Assembly (NCBI GenBank): GCA_951406725.2
Contig: OX597814.1
Coordinates: forward strand, 91,016,001-91,080,000
Source: Octopus vulgaris
Taxonomy: Eukaryota
Reading direction: 5' to 3'
Length of the DNA: 64,000 nt
Positions 52,625 through 64,000 of this stretch are shown here, piece after piece. The position numbers and the translations under genes were made by a program. The notes below the pieces were generated by a model. That model did no database searches. It was not told the origin of the DNA and saw only the letters and a list, made by a program, of their open reading frames with translations. Numbering within the stretch: the stretch's first letter is position 1; every line of letters begins with the position of its first letter.

Positions 52625-53277
52625 CTAGCAGCATAGCTCGGCGTTGCCCGGGTATGGCAGGCGTCCCCTAGACAGTCTGTGGTTTGTGTTTAATACACAA
52701 ATCGGTTTGCTATGTGTGCCACATATGATTTAATTAACCGATTTTTTCCAGTAATAAAGTATCCTATTGGAATAAAAAGGGCCATATAGCTCCTTGGAGC
52801 AGACATGATGCGTGCTGTGAATTTAAAAAAAATTTCCTACCAATTTGTGAAAGATATTGTCGAAAATATGTCATCTTGAATTTGAACGCGTTTTCCCAAA
52901 ATGGCATGATTTTATCGATTTTTTTCTGATGGTAAGGTATTGCATGGAAAACTAACGCCAGAATTAAGTTTCTTAGGGTAACATTAAGCTTCACCATGAG
53001 TTTGGTGAAAATCAATTGCAAGTTGCGAAAACAACAACAGAAAATGTGTTGCATATGAAAAGCTTAGATCCTCGACCCAATGTCGAATTTATCAATTTTT
53101 TTCAGAACTGGGGGAACTTTTCAAAACTGTCACTCCATTAGTTTTGAATTATGACATTGGGCTATGTGTGTGTCAAGTTTCATCAGAATCGGCTGAAAGC
53201 CGTGGTCAGCGTGAGGGTACAACCTAACAGACACACAGACACACAGACAGACAAACTGCCGTTTATATATAGCGAGA
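52625..53277 (-). mobile_element. Non-autonomous Helitron, longer relative of 26569-26950
   Basis: a|CTAGcagcatagctcggcgttgcccggg ... aaactgccgtttatatatagcgaga|t; 53070-53270 closely matches 26745-26945. Confidence 0.82.
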
Positions 53278-54121
53278 TGAATGTTTATAAAACTTTTGAC
53301 AATCTTAGAAAGTACGCAAATGTCTGCTAAAACCTTTCTATATATTGATTTATGAATATAATGATTCCTGATTGATCTTCACATTATTGAAATAAACGCA
53401 TTAATTTACCGTCAGTATTATACGAGTAGTATTACGAAGAAAATGGTTTTCTGTTCTAACTTAATAACTTGCCAGCATTAACATTGTCAACTAAGATAAT
53501 TGCTTATAGCGGCGACGATTGAAGTTTGAAATATGTTGCGTCTAAAAAGGATATCATATTGTATGCAACAATATTCATTGGAGATATTTCACAACTTCGA
53601 TATTTATTGTGTAAATGTATGATTTCATTAGCTGAGGTCAATGCTTTAGTTAATTCTTTTGAATTTAAGCAGCTTACGTACTAACATTAATAGAGCTGAA
53701 CGCTCACTAGCCCATAACTCAGTATTTTATTGATATACAACAATGTAATGTAACGAAACACTATCTGTTTTAGAGATTAAAGACTTGAACTGCATCGCAA
53801 TGTGGACTCCGAGAATAATGGGAAAATTTATTATTTATTGACATTGAGTATATAAGAATCATAAACCCTTCAGTTACGTGTGTATTAAATTCTCGAATCA
53901 GTAGTATGAAAATGGTACCTTTTAGTGGCATATACCCACACAATTGCTGTAGAGAGTACTAGATGGTACAATATTTTATTAAAATCAAAGGTGGGAACAA
54001 AATAGGAGCTTCGAAATTGATCTGAAGTAATTTAGCAGAGAACCAACGGTAAGTACAACGAAGAATTTATTCTGCATTCTACCAATTCCTAAACATTACC
54101 TTGTTCATTAAAGATAATGAG

Positions 54122-54325
54122 GTTTCCTTCTACTATAGAAGGAATGTGCTAATGGATCACATTGCTCCCCCCCACACACACCAGTGCTGGACTATTACTT
54201 ATTTATTGACCCTAACAAGGTGAAGGCAAAATTCGACTACCACAGGATTAAACTCAGGACTTAAAACCGGAAGAAATGCCACTCAGCATTTTGTACGGAA
54301 AGTAATGAATCTGCTAGGTTGTCCT
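54122..54325 (-). mobile_element. SINE family A, degenerate
   Basis: ACTTATTTATTGACCC...GAAGGCAAAATTCGAC...AACTCAGGAC...GAAATGCCACTCAGCATTTTG. Confidence 0.6.
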
Positions 54326-54345
54326 CCTAATAATACTGATAACAA

Positions 54346-54378
<33 letters not shown>

Positions 54379-54391
54379 CCACCATAATAGC

Positions 54392-54440
<49 letters not shown>

Positions 54441-54443
<3 letters not shown>

Positions 54444-54835
54444 TATGTAAATGCTAAATATATATCTGTAAAGGAATTTGACAAATTAAGTCCCGGTAAT
54501 TGAAATACAAAAGATGCGGCAAAAACTCTTCCTGTTATTGTAGGTACCGTATGTATCATAAAAGAGGGATGTCAGAAACATCTAGACAACATCTCAGGAG
54601 AACCAAGTAACAGAGAAATCCAAAAGATTGAACTTACAAATATTGGCTACATCCTTAGAAAAACCCTATAATTTTAAATTGCTGTGTTGTATTACATGAA
54701 GATATTACGCTATTGCCCAAACACTTTCTCTTCCCAAGCTTTCAGTCATACCGTAACCTCTCTTCTCCTACACTGTGTGTATCTCAGCAAGCAACTGTAA
54801 CACACATGCAAAATAAAAGAAAATAAAAGAAAATA
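54441..54835 (+). mobile_element. Older R4/Dong LINE 3' fragment inserted in (AAT)n
   Basis: ISVKEFDKLS...LPVIVGT.CIIKEGCQKHLDNISGEP...EIQKIELTNIGYILRKTL* parallels the C-terminus at 19580-19816. Confidence 0.75.
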
Positions 54836-54844
54836 ATAATAATG

Positions 54845-54912
<68 letters not shown>

Positions 54913-54915
<3 letters not shown>

Positions 54916-55165
54916 TCCTATCATAGTAGGTGCATTAGGCATGATAAAAAAATATTCAGACAAATACATAACAAAAACACCAGGACTTACAAACACATAT
55001 AACATACAGAAAATTGCATTACTAGGCACTCTCACACATCCTACACAGAACACTATCAATACAGTAACTATCAGAGTATCACAACAAATCACAGCACATA
55101 CCCAAGGCACCCAGAGCTGCTCTCGGTAGTGAAGTGAAAGCACGTTATAAAAATAAAACTACTGA
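54913..55165 (+). mobile_element. R4/Dong subfamily 1 3' fragment in (AAT)n
   Basis: Near-identical to 15172-15423 (IPIIVGALGMIKKYSDKYITKTPGLTNTYNIQKIALLGT, UTR ending aaaataaaactactgaat). Confidence 0.9.
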
Positions 55166-55278
55166 ATGATGATGATGATGATTTAGGAGAGAGGTAACTC
55201 TTCCAGAAGTTATACAGAAATAAATAGAAGAGTGTTATAGTTATCATGTGAAATTGGTTGAACGATATTTCGGCATCT

Positions 55279-56220
55279 GTTATTATTATTATTATTGTTA
55301 TTATTATTATTAAGATTTTTTTTTTAAAATGTATTTATCTAGTTCCAGTTCACAAGCTGTGGCCATGCTGGGACACCGCCATTTGGGGTTGCTACATGAT
55401 TTTACTTTACGAATGCTTTTTAGCAATTGCCATTTGGTGCATGAGAGAGTTCGATGCAGCTGCCCTCATCTGCACCTCCTGTCGTGAAGTTGGTTCATCT
55501 GGGATACCTGACAAGAAGAGATCCAGTTTCATTTTAAAGACATCTGCATCCACCCCATGCAGGTCTCTTAGGTTCTTCGGGAGGATATTGAAGAGCTGTG
55601 GGCCTCGGAAGCCCAGGCTATCACAGTATCTTGTCCTACATCTTGATGGCAAATTTGGAGTCCTTGGCACTATGCAGTGGCGCCCAGTTCTGGCATTTGT
55701 GTAACTCTCGATGCCAAAGTTTGGGACAAGTCCTTCTAGGCTCTTCCAGATGTATAGTATGGCATATCGTTCTCGCCTACGCTCTAAGAAATAGAGTCTC
55801 AGTCTCTTGAGTCTTTCCCAACAGCTTATATGCTGCACAGAGGCTATCTTCGTGTAGCTTCGTTGGATCGCCTCAAGCTCTGTGATTAACTTGACACTGG
55901 ATGGTGACCATAGCTGAGAGCAATAGTCAAAGTGGCTTAGGACAAGTGTCCTCCAGAGGACCATCATGGTTTCCTGATCTCTTGTTCTGAAGGTTCTAAG
56001 TATCCATCCGGTCAGCCGCCTACATTTCATTGCCAATTTAGCAACATGCACATGAAAGATTGCATCATCACTCATGTAAATAACCAGGTCTTGCACTGAT
56101 TGTGCCTCTGGAATTGCAGTCCCTCCAGGTCCAGTGTATTTATTGGGTATTGCATTTAGTTTTGCGTGCTGATAACATAGAGCTTGACACTTTTCAGCAT
56201 TGAACTGTATGCTATCATTA
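55279..56220 (-). mobile_element. 5'-truncated CR1-group LINE flanked by a 63-bp direct repeat
   Basis: FNAEKCQ...LSHFDYCSQLWSP...LEAIQRSYTK...WERLKRLRLYFLERRRERY...LFNILPKNLR...FKMKLDLFL; stop at 55407; then a UTR and a (TAA)n tail. Confidence 0.85.
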
Positions 56221-56550
56221 AGAAATAAATAGAAGAGTGCCATAGTTACCATGTGAAATTGGTTGAGCGATATTTTGGCATCTAGCATGCCTTCCACAGG
56301 TTCAATAATTGCATGTCAGTCTACTTCTCTTTATTTTTCACTGGCGAAAAATAATTCAAAATTCCATAAATAATATCTGTAATTCTGTATTCACTCGAAT
56401 AGAGAACTGTCTCGCTCAAGAAGGACTTCAGGTTGAACAATTCTCATGATGTTTCATATTTAGATGCTTTTGTTAAATTCATTCAGTTGTTTAACATAAA
56501 TATTGGAACGAAATGGTCTTGATTTACTGTCAGGTGACATTTGGTCAAAC

Positions 56551-56594
<44 letters not shown>

Positions 56595-57129
56595 CGTGAC
56601 CAAATATTATTACACGTTAGGCCACCGGAGGGGTAAATTTTAATTAATTTTCCATTTCCCTTTCATATGTTTAAGTATTATAAGTTTTTGGGATAATTTT
56701 CGATTTTAAAAGTTGGTATTTTTTATTGCCGGCGAAAGGCTGCGTCTGCGCAGTAGATTTTTTAAAATTAGGATATATAAACGGGAGGCATATAGTTTGA
56801 TTGCCTCGTTGTTTATATATTTAACCCATGGTGTACCTGTTGAGGAAGATTTCATCTCGTGAGCAAATATTATATATTGTTTGCTAAACTAAAATCAGAA
56901 ACCAATTGGTCCAGGAAATTTGATGGTAATTTTTTTTCATTTTTTCATTTCGTTACTGTTGAACTTTATCACAATTTTTTGTGATTATTGAACTTAGCTG
57001 TTCTTTCTAACGTGTTGAATTCCACGAGTGGATTCCTAATTCATAGTCTTTTGGGACTAAACTTTTACACGTTAGGCCACTGGAGGTGAGAATTTTTATC
57101 AATTTCCCATTTTCCTTTGATATGTTTAA

Positions 57130-57192
<63 letters not shown>

Positions 57193-57343
57193 TATATACA
57201 TTTATATTATATTGAGGGTACTATATAATATAATATAATATAAATGAATATTTTCAAAGAGGAAGAATTTACGGATTTTTTCTCTTACGAGGTTTTTCGC
57301 GCTGACTACTGATAATTTCTTTTAAAGATTTTATCCTCAATTG

Positions 57344-57393
<50 letters not shown>

Positions 57394-57396
<3 letters not shown>

Positions 57397-57650
57397 GAGG
57401 CGCGTTACTCCATGTTTATGGCTCTTTACTCGTCAACTCGTGAGATTGTAGATTCGATTCCTGGACCAGGCGATGCAGTGTGTTCTTGAGCAGAACTCTT
57501 AATTTCACATTCCACCACTCCACTCAAATGCCAAAAGGGAACAATTACGGGACAGACTGGTGTCCTGTCCCGGCAAGTCGTATGGACGCTATAGAAACCA
57601 GCTTCAGAAAACCAGCATTATGAGCTCGGGAAGGACCTTTCATCCTCAAA
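57394..57650 (+). mobile_element. Degenerate tRNA-derived SINE (CORE/V-like)
   Basis: B box GATTCGATTCC, GTGTTCTTGAGCAGAAC, GACAGACTGGTGTCCTGTCC, ATAGAAACC. Confidence 0.6.
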
Positions 57651-59877
57651 TGCGAACGAGCGAATTATGTGTGTGAATCCATATTTCTTTGTGTGTGTGT
57701 ATGTGTGCGTGCGTGCCTGTGTCTGTGTATAAGTGTGCGTTCGTGTGGTCTTGAAATATGAATAGGCTGTTTCTAATTGGTTGATCTTTACGCATGTCAC
57801 GAAGAAAAATTAAATCACATGAGTACATGTTTTACACTGCACATAATTATTGATACGCTTTTAGACAAACATTTGAAATAGTGAAGTGAAATGGTCGAAA
57901 CTGCAATAAAATATATTTGAATAATTCAGCACCTTTATTACATTACACAAGTTTACTCTATGCTGCAGATAGTATTATACTCTTTGCTGTAGATAATATT
58001 AGACTTTATTGTTTCTAGGACAACGTTGGTTACTTTAATGACTAAACTTCGTATATCTGCACATTTATGAAGCAATTCGTACATTTCCCGCATATGTCTC
58101 ATCGAGTATATGGTTCCCTTAAGTCATATATGTATATATATGAAATAGACTTTCTTTTATAAGATATCTCTGTAGCTCATGCGTGATTATGTGACACTGC
58201 TATTTCAACTTTTGTAGGTAACAAGCTATAATATAGATGTTCGTAAAGATAATACATAAGACTTGATAGAAACATGGTAAGCTATGTTTATTACTGCGCG
58301 TCTGGACAATGCAATAATTTAATATCAGATATCATTGGAAGTTCTTTTACGATGTAATCCTAAAAGCGATATCTAAGACATAACTAACGTTTTATCTTTT
58401 GAAACTCAGCGAGAATAACAAAGTTTCTGGTAGGTTTGAATATACATATATGTATATATTTTCTCTCTCTCTCTCTCTCTAAATGTAATATATATGCATA
58501 TATACACACACACACACATATATATATACATACATATTTATTAGATTTAGAGAGGGAGAGAGAGAGAGAGAAAGCGAGAGAGAAAAAAATATATATATAC
58601 AAAGTTTCTGAGTAAGCATAGATACGTACACATGCACATATACAATGTAGATATATACGTGGTTATATATGTATATATGTGTGTATGTACATATACAAAT
58701 AGGCACCTATCCACACAGGTATTCAATAATTATATGAAGATACTGGTAGTAAAGATGACGCATGAATGTAAGTATATGAGTAAATATAATCACAAACTCG
58801 TCGAAAGTTGATTCATTATCGAGATTTCATAATTGCGAGCATGACATTGGTAAATGCATTTCAGAGCAATCAGAAAACATGATACATTAATCTAATCCCT
58901 ATGAAATACTACATGGTCAATTATATTTTCGGTATAAATATACACGGTTTATATATGAGGTTTTCATTACTGTTTTTGTTCAGTATTTTTAGTTTATTGT
59001 GGTAATGAGATAAATGGAATGCGAGAAGACCCACCTTCAGAAACTCAACTGACTTCCTGTCATCAAACTCAGTTTTAAGCTTTATTATATGGACGCTAAA
59101 TGAAATTTGCTTCACACTGTATTTTTGTCTCAGTGTATTTTAAAGAATTTGTTATGTAAGAAATCTATTGTGGTATCCCAGTCAAGCATTTACTGTTATT
59201 TACAGGTTATGATCTACTATACAAATGCGCCTTATTGTAGATGCGTGCTAAACCGGTATGAACGCGTTAAAACTCTACAAACAGCCGAGAAGTTAAAATA
59301 ATTAACTTTACATATTTTAGATATGCCTCTAAAATATGTAAAGTTAATTATTGTAGTTGTTAAATATCCGTTACAATCAAATATCTATGTAGCGCACATA
59401 TAAGAGAAATAACAAGTTTATCGTTTTTTGGAATTGTGTTATATTCATTGAATATTAAACTTATTAAACATTGAACATTAAACTTATTTCTCGTATCCTA
59501 TTCAGTGAGCAAGTGAGCAATATCAACGTCCATTAAAAATGTTTAGAACGGGTTCACTACATTTTCAACGACAAGACTGACAATGCAGAGAATAAATATC
59601 GTTAGAACATGCAGCATTTTTCGTCGATATTTATAAACATCTGAACCACATATCAACGACTGTGCACATGAAATTGAACACTTGGTATGTACTTCTTACA
59701 GTCATCGTTCCTTACACTCACCTCTATCAAGACTATTTTGTGTAGATCTACACATTTTAGCGGTGGTTATTGCGAGAATGTCTTAGTCGATACGGCCATA
59801 GCTCAGTAGTTGCTCTTATCCTGTCGTTCTGCATCTTAGAATGCAAACCAATATAATATTTTGGGCCTAGTGAATAC

Positions 59878-60090
59878 AGCGAGTTGGTAGAGTCGTTAGC
59901 ACACTGGGCAAAATGCTTACCGGTATTTCGTCCGTCATTAATTTTGGAGTTGAAATTTCACCGACGTCTACTTTGCCTTTCATACTCTCCAGGTTGATAA
60001 AATAAGTACCAGTGGAACATTTGGGTCGATGTAATAGACTTTTCCCCTTTCTCGAATTTGCTGGGCTTGTGGCAAAATTTGAAACCAATA
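59878..60090 (+). mobile_element. SINE family A
   Basis: GCGAGTTGGTAGAGTCGTTAGCAC...CTTTGCCTTTCATACTCTCCAGGTTGATAAAATAAGTACCAG. Confidence 0.8.
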
Positions 60091-61294
60091 TGTGTGGTCA
60101 AATGAATATTTAACTGTTGTTTGAATGTGTCTATAATTAAGTATGCTGCAATGTTATATTCGTTTTGTACTTACAAATGCAAAACTTGCAGGTCTAGGCT
60201 GTTTTTACATATTTTCATTTTGGATTCATTGAAGAGGTACATTTCGATAATGTTTTCTTCGCAATGATTCGATGGATCGTTCCAGCTGAGCCAGTAGAAA
60301 GAAAATATAAAATCTAAGTTATATTTGTGGGCGGAGCGTCGAAATAACAACTACTTAATATTTTGCGGTAATATTTCAATATATATTTAGTAAGTTGGGT
60401 GTCAGTACGTTATAGGAGGATGGAGTTCAAATTTCGCCCGGAAGTGTATTGTTGTTTAAAAGGCATGTATGTGGTTTAGTGATAACTAACATACACAGTT
60501 GTTGAATGTATTATCTCTACAGTTCTAAACTTGCAGTGTTTGGCTAATGAGAATAGTTTCCAGTTTCTCTGTTTTATGTGGTTTAGAATGATTTTGGTTA
60601 TTATACGTTGTATAGCGTGTTATGAATTTACTGTCTTCAATATATTGATTTCGTTCATTGATAACGTACTCCACACTGAAATAAATGGGAAAATCGGAAT
60701 GCTATATATTGATACATTCGAAAACTCTTCTATCTACTGATTTGCTTTAATAGCTCTATTGATATCGTTCCATACACTTTATCGAGTATCCTGCACACAA
60801 TTCCAGAGTAATAATATTTTGGCCATTAGATATGGTTATTTAATCTTTTATATGTATGAATATAAATGTTACCTAAATCAATGTTTTGCCTGTGTTTTGC
60901 CGCACTATTTCCTATGACACTGTCCGGGTAGTTTATCAATTCATTCTGCATTGGATGCCACAAAGAAAAGAATTATGAAATGTATATATTCCGATATGAA
61001 TTCATATGTTTTGATTTGTTTTTCTTTTTTCTTTGCCTCTTCATCTTTTCACTGGCAATGGAACTAGCAATATATCATTTCCCAATTGCAACTAAGTAAA
61101 GATCACACGAATCAAAGAAAGACTCATGGATAGCAGATAAATTTCACCCAATGACACCATACCTTAATACATAGCACATTGGGGAATGTAGTCATATCTA
61201 CATTTTATACAAACAGTAGAGATGTCAAAGCTGCAGATTAGTTGGCGTAGGTATGGAGGCTAAGTACTTGCAACGAAGTATAAACTAAGATGTA

Positions 61295-61805
61295 TTGGGT
61301 TGTCCGGAAAGTTCGTGCCGATTTATAGTAGCTTATTTTCGACTTATGTTAGAACATGGTTGAGTCCATAAAATAGGATTTGACTACACCTCCATTTAGA
61401 GCACAGTTTAAGCTATGTTTCGTGGAAGAATGTTTATGTTCCTATAACCTGTGTTAATTCTGTAACCCTTTAAAATGGAAGATAAGGAATTTCATTTTCG
61501 GGACTTGATGCTTTGGGAACAAAAATTGCTGCAGCTTGGCTAGGATATGATATCCCACCCTCCATATTCACCAGATATTGCTCCTTCGGATTTCCACTTA
61601 TTCAGGTCTCTGCAGAATAGTCTTAATGGTAAAAATTTCAATTCCTTGGATGGCGTAAAAAGATACCTTGATGAATTCATTGCCATTAAACCACCCCAAT
61701 CTGGGAAGAGGTTATTTTCAAGTTAAAGGAAAGATGTAGACGCATTGTGCAACAAAATGGCTCATATTTGGTTGATTAAAAATGTAATGGCAAGTATTTA
61801 TTGAC
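61295..61805 (+). mobile_element. Internally deleted mariner, right TIR missing
   Basis: TA|ttgggttgtccggaaagttcgtgccgattt TIR; MEDKEFHFRDLMLWE joined in frame to QKLLQLG*DMISHPPYSPDIAPSDFHLFRSLQNSL, then ...QQNGSYLVD*. Confidence 0.85.
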
Positions 61806-63664
61806 TATTACGCTATTTTAACTGTAATCAAGTGAACATTTTAATTAAAATATTAAGTAATCTCCTGGGAAAACACTATGGTTCATTATATATAGAAATA
61901 ATTAGAAAGTTATAAATATATGTGATTTGTAAGAAGTAAACAAATGTGGGGAAAAAGCTAATTGTACCGATTTATATGCATAAATGCGAAATTATTTTTC
62001 TCATTTTTTAATATTTTTGTAAAATATATGTATGTGTGTGTCACATGTATGTATACAGTATGTATACAGAATGTATCTACACGTATACCTATACATATAA
62101 ATATAGCGCGCGCGCACATACATACACAGACAGACGGGCAGACACACACACACACATATATACATATCTATGTACGGCATAGTGGCATGGCTGCATTATC
62201 GCAAGAAGACTTGGTTCAAAGTGCACCCAGACTGTAACCAATAGATGAAAATGAAACTGCATATATTTTTATAATCTAATTTTATATATGACATTATGTA
62301 AGAGATTTCGCAGCCATCTTTTGTTAACATTCAGAATATTTATTTGTAATGAATTGTAATCATCTAGTATGAAACAACCATTTTGACATGAAATAATTTT
62401 AAAATATTTAGTATTTTCGTTGATTTTCAGAAACCGTACTTATAAATAATTGACACGACGCTTTCAAATGTTTACACAAGGTAATTACTCATATCGTAAC
62501 TGTACGACATGAAGAAATTAAATAATCCACAAGAAGATTTAATCAGAGCCATGTAGTATTCTTAACATTCAATTTAGTGATTAATTGATTTACGAAGCAA
62601 CGAAAGAGCTTCTAATTTGTTGATCGATGGGCTAACTTTAACAGCAAATTCCGGTTTGGAAATTATATATTAAATAAATAAGAAAATGTTGGACAATATA
62701 GTCAACGAAGACGAAATTGCAGGCTACTCACAGTTAAACGTTTTTCATTATGAATTTGCTCATTTAAGCTGACGTAGATATAAGCAACTTAACTTATTTC
62801 GGATATGATGCAGCTAATAAATGAAGAAATAGCAGATAATCAGTATACTGATATTGTTGCAAAATGACACTCTTCTTATGTTGTTTGTCTCAAAGCAAAT
62901 CTACTAGGGACTTTACAAACTGCAACCACCTCGTCTTTTGTGTTCCATCATAGTATATCCAGGAATATATTAGCCAATACATCTGTCTTTCTAAGTAATT
63001 TGAGAGATATTTCTGAGACATTTAGATGCCATTTTTAACTCGCAAAGCGAAAATGTAGAGGATCACTTCGTTGGCTTGTTACACATCGTGTTCTTGCTAC
63101 TATGCCTCTAGTAAAATAATTTACTTTTTAAGTACAACAAACAACTCTACTGGCATCAGGCTTTAATGTGAAAAGATTGTTGTCGTTGAGTTTGTCGTAG
63201 GGAACATATTAACCGGATACACGCTAGGTGTTAAAAGAGTGTCTATCTAGTATAGTATAGTGTAGGATTTAACCGTGGAATATGAATTGTTGAATACCTG
63301 CATGAGAATAGGATCGGCTTAGATGAAAAATGTGGATGACAAGAAGATATATATAGTATTTTGAATAAAGAGTATCCTAGATATTTTCATTCTTCCAAAT
63401 GTTGTACAAGAATTTTGATCAAGTGGGTGGGTTAGACGTGATAAGCATGTTGCAACTCTCTTCATAAGGACAAAGATAGATTTGCGGGAAATAAGAATTG
63501 CCGAACCAAATAAAAGAAGGTTCTTTCTTCCCGGATTATTTCAAATACATAGATGTCATTTTTTAATGCAATGTATAATATAGGCCCATTATATGTATGT
63601 GTGCTTATATATATTTATATATTCTTATGACAATACAAGCACAGGAATAAACATACATGCATAC

Positions 63665-63665
<1 letters not shown>

Positions 63666-63695
<30 letters not shown>

Positions 63696-63885
63696 TGTAT
63701 GTATGTATGTATGTATGTATGTATGTATGTATGTATGTATGTATGCATGTATGTAGGTATGTATGTATGTATGCATGCATGTATGCATGCATGCATGCAT
63801 GTATGTATGTATGTATGTATGTATGTATGTATGTATGTATGTATGTATGTATGTATGTATGGATGGATGGATGGATGGATGGATG
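63666..63885. repeat. (TATG)n/(TGCA)n/(TGGA)n compound microsatellite
   Basis: Seen directly. Confidence 0.95.
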
Positions 63886-64000
63886 TAAATAATATTACTG
63901 TTCTTTCTTACGAAATATATAGAACTGCTAAAAATAAGTGCTCGAGTCGAACCCGAAGGAAAAGATAAGAATTAAGATATAAACTCAAATTATGCGTCGA

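Noticed and set aside
55407-56297. 296-aa ORF as an independent gene
   Set aside because: It is the 3' part of a LINE ORF2; its first ~26 codons are flanking duplicated sequence.

Overview
AT-rich, microsatellite-dense eukaryotic DNA with no host gene I can recognise. The repeat families look like those of octopus (coleoid cephalopod) genomes; this is inferred from recalled family sequences, not from a search. Most ORFs in the track are translated microsatellites. The real coding remnants are all from transposable elements: (1) a nearly intact R4/Dong-type LINE (RT plus restriction-like endonuclease, ~15.9-20.0 kb) broken only by one extra A in a homopolymer, with several 3' or internal fragments of related elements, most inserted in (AAT)n; (2) a decayed HERO-like LINE; (3) Tx1/L1-like and CR1-group LINE 3' ends; (4) a Penelope GIY-YIG remnant; (5) four mariner remnants plus a weaker Tc1/mariner-like one; (6) a Helitron helicase remnant and three non-autonomous Helitrons; (7) MITEs and at least five tRNA-derived SINE types. 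The most interesting signal is a tRNA-headed SINE-like element with an internal (AAT)n tract and a Penelope-type minimal hammerhead ribozyme in its 3' half. One copy is intact and one is apparently split by Dong LINEs that landed in its microsatellite. Also notable: two further hammerhead-like motifs, an old ~1.3 kb decayed palindrome, a LINE whose 3' tail resembles that of a common CORE-like SINE, long TSD-like direct repeats, and templated inverted micro-duplications at (TA)n tracts. Coordinates were counted by eye and are approximate at degenerate ends.
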